Below, one piece after another: positions 52,084 through 60,049 of a DNA stretch of 64,000 nt. The stretch covers positions 8,829-72,828 of the forward strand of contig CANLJW010000001.1 of NCBI GenBank assembly GCA_947491605.1. Direction: 5' to 3'. The position numbers and the translations under genes are program-made. The stretch is from Actinomycetota bacterium. GTDB lineage: Bacteria; Actinomycetota; Actinomycetes; Nanopelagicales; Nanopelagicaceae. The notes beneath the pieces were generated by a model. That model made no database searches. It saw only the letters and a program-made list of their open reading frames with translations, and was not told the DNA's origin. How positions within the stretch are numbered: position 1 is the first letter of the stretch; the number at the start of each line of letters is the position of its first letter.

Positions 52084-52617
52084 GTGCGAATAGCGGTTTT
52101 TTGCTCATCATCAGTGAAAGTTGCGCCCGAAAATCTCCAATTGGGTTTCGATCTAGGTGTTGCGATTGCATCGGCTGGCGATGAACTGGTTTGGGGCGGT
52201 GGAAAAATTTCAGTAATGGGAACCGTTGCACAAGGAGCGCGCTCAGTCGGCGGGAAAACCATTGGCGTTATTCCAGAACGGTTAATGAATATTGAATTTA
52301 TCGATCAAGATAGCCAGGAACTTCTGGTGGTCAAAGATATGCGCGAACGCAAAGGAAAGATTGAAGAGTTATCAGATGCATTCCTAGTGCTTCCCGGCGG
52401 CATCGGAACTTTAGAAGAATTCTTTGAAATCTGGGTCGGGCGCTACTTAGGGTTTCATCAAAAACCAATTGCAGTTATAGATCCAAATGGAAGTTACGCC
52501 TCGTTGCGGGTAGCGCTTGCAGATTTAACCGAAAAACATTTTATGAAACCGGGCCAGCACGACCAGGTATTTTGGAGCGATTCAATTATTGATGCACTTG
52601 CACATATAAGGAAGTAG
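52084..52617 (+). CDS. LOG family protein (cytokinin riboside 5'-monophosphate phosphoribohydrolase-like)
   Basis: VWGGG, MRERK and PGGIGTLEE motifs characteristic of TIGR00730/LOG. Confidence 0.9.
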   Translation: MRIAVFCSSSVKVAPENLQLGFDLGVAIASAGDELVWGGGKISVMGTVAQGARSVGGKTIGVIPERLMNIEFIDQDSQELLVVKDMRERKGKIEELSDAFLVLPGGIGTLEEFFEIWVGRYLGFHQKPIAVIDPNGSYASLRVALADLTEKHFMKPGQHDQVFWSDSIIDALAHIRK

Positions 52618-52621
52618 CCAA

Positions 52622-53083
52622 ATGGACCTTTCAAAATTTGCCGTAACCATCGAAATAAATTCTAATATTGAAAAAGTTTGGCAAGAATTAACAAATTGGG
52701 AAGCCCAAAGTAAATGGATGTTACTAACCAAAGTCTGGAGCCAGCGAACTACTAACCATCTCGGCACCAAAATTTTTGCATTTACTGGGATTGCGCCGCA
52801 AAGTTTTCCAATTAAAAAACGAAATACTTTTCCTCGAATGGGAATCCTAGATCAGATGGAAATTACTGAATGGCAACCACCAACATTTTGCAAAGTGGTT
52901 CATACTGGGAAAGTTATAAAAGGAATAGGAACATTCGAACTTATTAAAATTTCTGATCAAAAGATTCGCTTTAATTGGTATGAGGAGATCGAAGCTCCGA
53001 CTTTAGTGCTCGCGCTAATCCGACCAGGAATATTGCTCTCGGTGAGGTTCTCCCTTTGGCGTTTTGCGCGTTCCGTTGCTTGA
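52622..53083 (+). CDS. SRPBCC (START/polyketide-cyclase-like) family protein
   Basis: 153 aa. I(N)xxxEKVWQELTNWEAQSKWM N-terminal pattern typical of the SRPBCC fold. Assignment from pattern only. Confidence 0.6.
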   Translation: MDLSKFAVTIEINSNIEKVWQELTNWEAQSKWMLLTKVWSQRTTNHLGTKIFAFTGIAPQSFPIKKRNTFPRMGILDQMEITEWQPPTFCKVVHTGKVIKGIGTFELIKISDQKIRFNWYEEIEAPTLVLALIRPGILLSVRFSLWRFARSVA

Positions 53084-53107
53084 AGCAACCGAGTAATCTC
53101 TGCAAGT

Positions 53108-53314
53108 GTGAGCTCACAAACTCTGGCTGAATTAATCGCCAACCTCCCAGAAGAGGAACGAATTGTGCTCTCCTTGCATTATGTGAAATCTATGACTACC
53201 GACCAGATTGCGACCACGCTCCATGTACCAGAACGGGCGATTATTACGGTTCTTGCTGCGGGGAAAGCCCGACTACGGCAGAGCATTCCCTTCGATTTCC
53301 CTCAACCGCGATAA
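53108..53314 (+). CDS. stand-alone sigma-70 region-4 (HTH) mini-protein
   Basis: 68 aa. LPEEERIVLSLHYVKSMTTDQIATTLHVPERAIITVLAAGKARLRQ matches the sigma region 4.2 pattern (LP..qR.v..L.y...s..EIA..l.v...tV......A...Lr). No region 2. Confidence 0.6.
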   Translation: MSSQTLAELIANLPEEERIVLSLHYVKSMTTDQIATTLHVPERAIITVLAAGKARLRQSIPFDFPQPR

Positions 53315-53379
53315 GTGCGAGATACTGCTCCACCTACGCGCGAACATCTTTCCCGCTTCAGCCCTGAAGGAGTCCATAA

Positions 53380-53559
53380 ATGGCAGCCATGAAACCTCGT
53401 ACTGGTGATGGTCCGATGGAAGTTACCAAAGAGGCTCGTAGCTTGGTTATGCGGATTCCGCTAGAAGGTGGTGGCCGGTTGGTCGTTGAGTTAAACCAAG
53501 AGGAAGCCAGAAACCTCGCTGACGTATTACATGCAGCGGTAGCCCTAATCAAGAAGTAG
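53380..53559 (+). CDS. DUF3117 family small protein (Rv1211 homologue)
   Basis: 59 aa, below the ORF-track cutoff. ATG 53380 after GAAGGAG. MAAMKPRTGDGPMEVTKEARSLVMRIPLEGGGRLVVELNQEEA matches the highly conserved actinobacterial DUF3117 N-terminus. Confidence 0.85.
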   Translation: MAAMKPRTGDGPMEVTKEARSLVMRIPLEGGGRLVVELNQEEARNLADVLHAAVALIKK

Positions 53560-53562
53560 TTC

Positions 53563-54705
53563 TTATCTCTGTAAATATTTGGCGCGGCTGCGCAGTGAAA
53601 TTGCAGCCAACAAAATCGCAATTGGCAAGGTAATTATCACGCCCACCGTGGCAGCGCTTAAATCTGACCCAGCCAAACTTAGTTGCGCAAAGAGCAGCGA
53701 AACTGAAAGTCCGAGCGTTCCCAATATTCCAACAATAAAGTAATCGCCGAGAACTAACTCGTTTTTCTCTTTTGTAATCCGAAGTGCAAGCCAAACTCCT
53801 AAGAGAATTCCAATTGGCTTTCCAATCAACCGTGCGATCAAGAGCGAGACTGTGATTGGGTCCGTGAAATTATCGAAATTAAAGTTAATTGGAACTGCTA
53901 ACGCCGTAAAAATAAATAAAGGCACCACAAGAAAACTAGAAATCGGAGCCCAAATCCGAAGCGCTTCTTCTGCGCTAACTTTATCGGGATCATCATCATG
54001 CGAACCAGGCATCGCCATCCCTAGCGCAACCCCACAAACCGTTGGATGAATTCCGGATTTGTAAGTGCAATACCAAACTAGTAGCGCTACTAAGAATGAG
54101 AGCGCACCTAGCTGTAAATTTCGCGTACTGTGATAAAAAATGAAGAGCGCCAAGATTGCACCTAAAAGCCAAGTAAATTCCAACGACTGGGTAAACCTAA
54201 ATGCGATAACTAGAATTGATCCAACATCATCCATGATTGCCAACGCCAACAAGAAGCCACGGAGTGCAATCGGTAGCCCTTTACCAAAAATAATCAGAAC
54301 TGCGAGCGCAATCGGCAAGTCGGTCGCCATCGGTACACCCCATGCAGAAACCGGTCCAGATAAAATCTTTGCAAGCGCAAGGTAAATCAGGGCTGGCAGC
54401 GCCATTCCAAAGAGCGCACCGAAGGCTGGAATTAAACCAACCCGCCAAGATCTCAAGACCCCCCAGCGAACTTCGTTGCGCAGTTCTAACCCAGCCACGA
54501 AGAAAAAGATTACGAGCGCGCCATCGGCAACCCAATCTGAAACCGAAAGTTTTAGGTCGAGGATGCCAAACTCGGTAGCTAAGCCATCGGTTAACCAGCT
54601 ACCGCTGTTGGCGAGAAATAACGAGAGCAGGGCGACTGGCAGTAGCAGTACTGCTGCGCTTGATTCAGATTTAAGAATCAGATTTAACGCCGAGAGCCGT
54701 CGCAC
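53563..54705 (-). CDS. nhaA: Na+/H+ antiporter NhaA
   Basis: GTG 54705 with GGGAGA SD. 12 TM. GVPMATDLPIALAV with the paired-Asp-type motif (MATD; AIMDDVG). Confidence 0.92.
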   Translation of the reverse strand: MRRLSALNLILKSESSAAVLLLPVALLSLFLANSGSWLTDGLATEFGILDLKLSVSDWVADGALVIFFFVAGLELRNEVRWGVLRSWRVGLIPAFGALFGMALPALIYLALAKILSGPVSAWGVPMATDLPIALAVLIIFGKGLPIALRGFLLALAIMDDVGSILVIAFRFTQSLEFTWLLGAILALFIFYHSTRNLQLGALSFLVALLVWYCTYKSGIHPTVCGVALGMAMPGSHDDDPDKVSAEEALRIWAPISSFLVVPLFIFTALAVPINFNFDNFTDPITVSLLIARLIGKPIGILLGVWLALRITKEKNELVLGDYFIVGILGTLGLSVSLLFAQLSLAGSDLSAATVGVIITLPIAILLAAISLRSRAKYLQR

Positions 54706-54724
54706 AAGATCTCCCTTTTTTCGT

Positions 54725-54730
54725 TAGCGT
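54725..54730 (+). promoter_or_regulatory. -10-like TANNNT hexamer, candidate leaderless promoter of pepA
   Basis: TAGCGT, then 7 nt, then ATG 54738. No SD. Confidence 0.45.
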
Positions 54731-54737
54731 CCGCACT

Positions 54738-56243
54738 ATGAATAGAGCAGTCCCAAGACTATCGAGCCTAGAACTTCAGTTCCAGAGTACCGAAAACCCA
54801 AAGCTTCTCGCGGGAGTACATGCGATTGCGCTGCCATTATTTGTTGATGAAGCTGGCGTAAAGGTCGCCAACGTAAAAGGGTTTGACCGAACTTTAGGAA
54901 AAATAACTGGAATCTCGTTTGAGAATGAAATTGCTAAAGCTACGACGCCACTAACTGGAAAAGTTGGCGAGTTGATTGAGATCTCGGTATCTGGCGATAA
55001 AAATAAATTACAGAAGATTTTTTTAGTTGCTGTTGGCGCCAGCACGCCTTCAGATCTACGCAAAGTTGGAGCGCTGCTCGGTCGAAAAGTTAAAGGAAGT
55101 AACGCACATCTCTTATCGCTCTGCGGTGGCGATAGTAAGACCATCAAAGCCCACGCTGTTGCGTTGGCGCTCGCCACCTACTCTTGGGCAGATAAGAGCG
55201 GTCCAGCGCCCGAAACTCCGCGGTTTTCAATCATGGGTAGTTTCGCAAAAGAAGTTGAACTTGCCCAGATTGAAGTTGAATCAGTTTGGCTTGCGCGAAA
55301 TTTAATTCACACACCCGCAAACATCGCGACCCCAGCTTGGCTAGCTAATCAAGCAAAAATTCTTTCAAAAAACCCGGCCGTAAAAGTCACCGTGAAGAGC
55401 GGTAAAGAATTAGCCGAGTTCGGGGGATTAAGAGCGGTCGGGAATTCTTCAAAAGTTAATCCGCCAAAATTTGTACAAGTTGCCTATGCACCGCGCGGTT
55501 CTAAAAATTGGAAACATGTTGTTTTAGTTGGTAAAGGAATTACTTTTGACACTGGCGGAGTTTCGCTAAAGCGTCCATACGACACCATGACTGGAATGAA
55601 GAGCGATATGGCTGGCGCAGCGGCAATTCTGGCCACCGTTATTGCAGTATCTAAATTGGCTCCTAAAGTTCGCGTAACTGCTTTGATGATGTGTGCTGAA
55701 AATGCGCTATCTGGAACTTCGCAACGACCATCCGATGTCATCAAGCATTACGGCGGCACAACTGTTGAAGTCATAAATACTGATGCAGAGGGACGTTTGG
55801 TTTTAGCAGATGGTTTAGCTTTTGCGGATAAGAATTTAGACCCAGATTATTTGCTTGATGTAGCAACACTTACTGGTGCGGCCACGCTAGGACTTGGCCG
55901 TCAATATGGCGCGATGTACACCCGCGATCTTAAATTAGCTAAGAAGCTCCACGAGATCGGTGAAATTTCTGGTGATCGCGTCTGGCATATGCCACTTGTT
56001 GATGATTATGACGTTGCACTTGAAAGCGAAATCGCGGATTACAACCACACTGCCGATAAGTTTCATTTCTCGGGCGGCTCAATTACTGCTGCGCTCTTCT
56101 TAGAAAAATTTGTTGGCAAACGCAAGTGGGTTCACTTCGATATCGCCGGACCCGGTCGCTCCGAAGTTGATGCTGGCGAGTATGTAAAGGGAGGCACTGG
56201 CTTCGCAGTTCGGCTTCTAACTGAGTGGATCGCATCGCTGTGA
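54738..56243 (+). CDS. pepA: M17 leucyl aminopeptidase
   Basis: VGKGITFDTGG, MKSDMAGAA, NTDAEGRLVLAD signature. Confidence 0.93.
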   Translation: MNRAVPRLSSLELQFQSTENPKLLAGVHAIALPLFVDEAGVKVANVKGFDRTLGKITGISFENEIAKATTPLTGKVGELIEISVSGDKNKLQKIFLVAVGASTPSDLRKVGALLGRKVKGSNAHLLSLCGGDSKTIKAHAVALALATYSWADKSGPAPETPRFSIMGSFAKEVELAQIEVESVWLARNLIHTPANIATPAWLANQAKILSKNPAVKVTVKSGKELAEFGGLRAVGNSSKVNPPKFVQVAYAPRGSKNWKHVVLVGKGITFDTGGVSLKRPYDTMTGMKSDMAGAAAILATVIAVSKLAPKVRVTALMMCAENALSGTSQRPSDVIKHYGGTTVEVINTDAEGRLVLADGLAFADKNLDPDYLLDVATLTGAATLGLGRQYGAMYTRDLKLAKKLHEIGEISGDRVWHMPLVDDYDVALESEIADYNHTADKFHFSGGSITAALFLEKFVGKRKWVHFDIAGPGRSEVDAGEYVKGGTGFAVRLLTEWIASL

Positions 56244-56260
56244 GCATTCCACGGGGCGAT

Positions 56261-56875
56261 ATGAATACATTCTCCGAAAATTATCTACCCGAAGATACGG
56301 TCACGCAACGCGCGCGAGCTCGAGGTGATGAAATCGGCGCTCTAAATACATCACCGATAGTTGGCTCACTCTTACGTTATTTAACCCATCTAATTGGCGC
56401 AACTTCAGTCATAGAAGTAGGCACTGGTTCCGGAGTCAGTGGGTTATGGATCTTTAAAGGTTTAGCCAAGCATGGAGTTTTAACTTCGATTGATAAAGAA
56501 ACCGAAAACTCTAAAATTGCTAAAACTGCATTTGAAGACGGTGACATAAATGTTGCACGCTATCGATTAATTACTGGTAACACTCGCGATGTAACTGCAA
56601 AACTTGCAGACAGTCTTTATGATTTATTTGTAATTAGGGATTTCAGCGATTTACTTGAATCAGTAGATCAAGGATTTCGCGCACTTCGCCCAGGTGGAAT
56701 TTTGTTAATTGATAGCGCTCTCGGTGGTGGCAAAGTTGCTGACCCAACCCAACGTGATCCAATTACTATTTCGCGTCGCGAAACTATTAAAGCTATTCGT
56801 GAATCGGATGATCGTTGGGCCCCCATGCTCTTGCCGTTAGGCGAAGGTGTGTTAGTTGCCACAAAGTTGAGCTAG
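56261..56875 (+). CDS. class I SAM-dependent O-methyltransferase (Rv1220c-like)
   Basis: ATG 56261 (the ORF is open from 56225). VIEVGTGSGVSG SAM motif. Confidence 0.85.
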   Translation: MNTFSENYLPEDTVTQRARARGDEIGALNTSPIVGSLLRYLTHLIGATSVIEVGTGSGVSGLWIFKGLAKHGVLTSIDKETENSKIAKTAFEDGDINVARYRLITGNTRDVTAKLADSLYDLFVIRDFSDLLESVDQGFRALRPGGILLIDSALGGGKVADPTQRDPITISRRETIKAIRESDDRWAPMLLPLGEGVLVATKLS

Positions 56876-56964
56876 AACTTTCTGCGCAATCTCAGTAAAA
56901 TTTCAGATAGCGTTTAGTTTTATCGTAAAAAATGCAGCACTTATATTGAAACGGAAGTAAGTGG

Positions 56965-58104
56965 ATGAGCCAAGAAAATGTGCCAGCCTGGTGGTCCCAT
57001 CCAGATCACGAAGTAACACTCGCTCGAAAAGAGTTGCGCAAGCCAGTATCAGGCACGATCGCAATTGCCCTTATCGCCGGAATAATTGGTGGCATTGGCG
57101 GTAGCTACTTCAGCAGCAACAACATTTCAGCTCATAACGTTAAGTTGGTTTCGGCAAAGAGCACGGTAGAGCGCCAACCAGATTCGATTGCTGGAATTGC
57201 CGCACGAGTTTTACCTTCAGTAGTCTCAATAACAATAAATACTGAACGTGGTGGCGGCTCTGGCTCTGGCTTTGTAATTCGCAGCGATGGCTATATTCTC
57301 ACAAACAACCATGTAGTGGCTGGTGCTGCTGATGCAAAAGGTGAAATCAAAGTAACCCTTAGCGATGGTAAAACTTTTACAGCTAAAATTCTTGGTAGAG
57401 ATGCAGCTTACGATCTTGCAGTATTAAAAATTTCAGTCACCGGATTATCAGCGTTGCAATTTGGCGACAGTGATGCAATTCAAGTTGGCGATAACGTAAT
57501 CGCAATTGGATCGCCGCTCGGACTATCAGGCACTGTAACTTCTGGAATCATTAGCGCAAAAAATCGAGCGGTTACATCAGGAACTGGTACTAGCGAAAGT
57601 TCATTTATTAATGCGCTCCAAACTGATGCCGCAATTAATCCAGGAAATTCTGGTGGACCGTTAGTAGATTCCACCGGCGCAGTAGTAGGGGTTAACTCTG
57701 CCATTGCAACACTGAGCTCTTCTTTTGGACGCCAATCTGGTTCGATCGGATTAGGTTTTGCAATTCCGATTAACCAAGCAAAAAAGACTGCGGAACAATT
57801 AATAAATTTCGGCAAAGCTACCTATCCAATTATGGGAATTATGGTTGACACCGCATTTAATGGTGCTGGCGCTAAAATTTCAGAGCTCTCTGGCTCTGTT
57901 GTAGTTGGTGGGCCAGCTGCAAAAGTCGGTTTAATCCCTGGCGATGTGATTCTAAAAATAGATGGTGTGGCAATAAATTCCTCAGATGAATTAGTCGTCG
58001 CTATTCGTTCTCATGATGTGGGTGATGTAATTTCAGTTACATACATTCGCAATGGAAAAGTTTCGACCGTAAAAATTACCTTGGTTGCCGCTAAAACTAG
58101 TTAA
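56965..58104 (+). CDS. htrA: HtrA-family serine protease (TM anchor + trypsin-like + PDZ)
   Basis: TM segment IAIALIAGIIGGIGG. Catalytic TNNHV, D..AVLK, GNSGGPL. C-terminal PDZ (GDVILKIDG). Confidence 0.92.
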   Translation: MSQENVPAWWSHPDHEVTLARKELRKPVSGTIAIALIAGIIGGIGGSYFSSNNISAHNVKLVSAKSTVERQPDSIAGIAARVLPSVVSITINTERGGGSGSGFVIRSDGYILTNNHVVAGAADAKGEIKVTLSDGKTFTAKILGRDAAYDLAVLKISVTGLSALQFGDSDAIQVGDNVIAIGSPLGLSGTVTSGIISAKNRAVTSGTGTSESSFINALQTDAAINPGNSGGPLVDSTGAVVGVNSAIATLSSSFGRQSGSIGLGFAIPINQAKKTAEQLINFGKATYPIMGIMVDTAFNGAGAKISELSGSVVVGGPAAKVGLIPGDVILKIDGVAINSSDELVVAIRSHDVGDVISVTYIRNGKVSTVKITLVAAKTS

Positions 58105-58139
58105 TTTGAGACAGGTTGAGGAGTCAGCAAGCTTGACCC

Positions 58140-58145
58140 TAGTAT
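58140..58145 (+). promoter_or_regulatory. -10-like TANNNT hexamer, candidate leaderless promoter of tatB
   Basis: TAGTAT, then 6 nt, then ATG 58152. Confidence 0.45.
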
Positions 58146-58151
58146 TGGGCC

Positions 58152-58466
58152 ATGTTTGATATCGGCGCTGGCGAGATGATTGGCTTAGGAGTAATTGCAG
58201 TATTCCTAGTCGGTCCAGAACGATTGCCAAAACTTGCGGTTGATGCCGCTAAATTGTTGAAGAAAGCGCGCAATCTCTCCCAATTAGCCACCATGCAATT
58301 GCGTGAAAATCTCGGACCAGGATTTGAAGATTTAGATGTCAAAGATTTGCACCCTAAAACTTTTATTAAGAAACATCTAAACGAAGTAATTGATGAAAAT
58401 GCTGGAGCAATTAAAGAAATCAAAGAGATTAAGAAGATTACAAAGTTAGATCCTGAAATATTATGA
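58152..58466 (+). CDS. tatB: twin-arginine translocase subunit TatB (TatA/E family)
   Basis: MFDIGAGEMIGLGVIAVFLVGPERLP N-terminus, amphipathic helix. Follows htrA as in M. tuberculosis. Confidence 0.85.
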   Translation: MFDIGAGEMIGLGVIAVFLVGPERLPKLAVDAAKLLKKARNLSQLATMQLRENLGPGFEDLDVKDLHPKTFIKKHLNEVIDENAGAIKEIKEIKKITKLDPEIL

Positions 58467-59581
58467 CGATTTCTAAAATTAACGCCGCTTTAGCTACAGT
58501 TTCAGATCCAGAATTGCATAAGCCGTTAACCGAATTAGGTATGGTCGAATCAGTTGCGTTTGAATCCGGAACGGCAACTCTAGGTATTTTATTAACTATA
58601 TCTGGCTGTCCGATGCGCGATCGACTCACAGCTGATATCACGAAGGCAGTAACTGCAATTGCTGAAGTAAATGCGGTAGTAATTAATTTTGGCGTAATGA
58701 GCGAAGCCCAACGTGGTGAAGTTAAGAAGTTATTAAGAGGTGGTAGAGAGAAATTTATTCCGTTTGCCCAACCTGATTCGCTTACACGGGTTTTTGGAAT
58801 TGCATCCGGTAAAGGTGGCGTTGGAAAGTCTTCGGTCACCGTTAATTTGGCAGTCGCAGTCGCTAACCGTGGGTTCAAAGTAGGAATTCTTGATGCTGAT
58901 GTTTACGGCCACTCGGTGCCACGGTTAATGGGGCTGGCTGGACAACGTCCAACTGCTATCGATCAAACTTTTATTCCGCTAGAGGCGCATGGTGTAAAAG
59001 TTGTATCTATGGAAATGTTCAAACCAGATCGATCAGATCCAATTGCTTATCGCGGTCCGCTATTGCACCGAGTTCTAGAACAGTTACTGAGCGATGCTTA
59101 TTGGGGCGATTTAGATTTCTTATTTTTAGATTTACCGCCAGGAACTGGTGATATTGCAATTTCTCTCGGGCAATTAATTCCAGCATCTGAAATTTTGGTA
59201 GTTACAACGCCACAAGTTGCTGCTGCAGAAGTAGCCGAACGCGCTGGTCGCATTGCCCACCAATTAAAGCAACACCTAGTTGGCGTTGTTGAAAATATGT
59301 CGGAATTTCCATGTCCACATTGCGGTGAAATGATTTCTCTATTTGGAAAGGATGGCGGGGAGGAGACTGCGGCACGACTTAGCGGCTTAGTTGGGGCTGA
59401 TGTTCCACTTCTTGCAAAAATTCCATTTGATCCAAACCTTAGAGAAGGTGGCGATACTGGCACCCCGTTAGTTTTGCGCAATCCCGAATCTAGCGCTGCC
59501 AAAGCTTTAGAGGCGATTGCCGATCAATTAACTTTAAGAACCAAATCTTTAGTTGGCGTCCGGCTTGGGCTTAGTACCTGA
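58463..59581 (+). CDS. mrp: Mrp/ApbC Fe-S cluster carrier ATPase
   Basis: ATGA overlap with tatB. N-terminal DUF59 (ISGCPM). Deviant Walker A SGKGGVGKS. CPHCG motif. Confidence 0.93.
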   Translation: MTISKINAALATVSDPELHKPLTELGMVESVAFESGTATLGILLTISGCPMRDRLTADITKAVTAIAEVNAVVINFGVMSEAQRGEVKKLLRGGREKFIPFAQPDSLTRVFGIASGKGGVGKSSVTVNLAVAVANRGFKVGILDADVYGHSVPRLMGLAGQRPTAIDQTFIPLEAHGVKVVSMEMFKPDRSDPIAYRGPLLHRVLEQLLSDAYWGDLDFLFLDLPPGTGDIAISLGQLIPASEILVVTTPQVAAAEVAERAGRIAHQLKQHLVGVVENMSEFPCPHCGEMISLFGKDGGEETAARLSGLVGADVPLLAKIPFDPNLREGGDTGTPLVLRNPESSAAKALEAIADQLTLRTKSLVGVRLGLST

Positions 59582-60046
59582 GTTCTTAACAATCTCTTCA
59601 ACTGCATCCTGTAATTCACTCCGCACAAAATCACGAGTTGCAATTTCACCTATAGCAGTTCGTAGGCTGGCTAGCTCTCTTGTTAAATATTCGGTATCAG
59701 CAAGGTTGCGATCATCGCGTGCGCGATCTTCTTGATATTGAATTCGATCGCGGTCAGCTTGTCTATTTTGTGCTAACAAAATAAGTGGCGCTGCATAAGA
59801 AGCTTGTAGCGAAAGAATTAAAGTTAAGAAAATAAATGGAAAACTATCAAACCGCCATTTATCTGGCGCTAACGAATTCCAGAGCCCCCAAGAGAGTACA
59901 AATACGGTCATATAGACCAAGAAGCGCGCTGTACCAAGAAAGCGTGCAAAGTTTTCCGAAAGCCTTCCGAAAGTTTCTGGATCATAGGATGGCCGGATTG
60001 AACGCCGAGCTTCGCGTGGCGTATCTAAGCCCTTAAATCGTGCCAT
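59549..60046 (-). CDS. DUF1003 membrane protein (Rv1231c-like)
   Basis: Two TM helices followed by a charged coiled-coil tail. QNRQADRDR motif. 33-nt convergent overlap with mrp. Confidence 0.8.
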   Translation of the reverse strand: MARFKGLDTPREARRSIRPSYDPETFGRLSENFARFLGTARFLVYMTVFVLSWGLWNSLAPDKWRFDSFPFIFLTLILSLQASYAAPLILLAQNRQADRDRIQYQEDRARDDRNLADTEYLTRELASLRTAIGEIATRDFVRSELQDAVEEIVKNSGTKPKPDAN

Positions 60047-60049
60047 TTT

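Noticed and set aside
53081-53110. The SRPBCC ORF and the sigma region-4 ORF are in the same frame, separated by a single TGA. I considered a read-through fusion or recoding.
   Set aside because: Same-frame juxtaposition has a one-in-three chance. TGA clearly terminates many conserved genes in this window at their expected ends (guaA, pcrA, cdd), so there is no sign of stop-codon reassignment.
53358-53794. Minus-strand ORFs of 87 aa (53358-53621) and 81 aa (53549-53794).
   Set aside because: The first lies antisense to the conserved DUF3117 gene (its 5' end overlaps the nhaA 3' end in another frame); the second is an out-of-frame overlap with nhaA. Neither has an SD or recognisable motifs.
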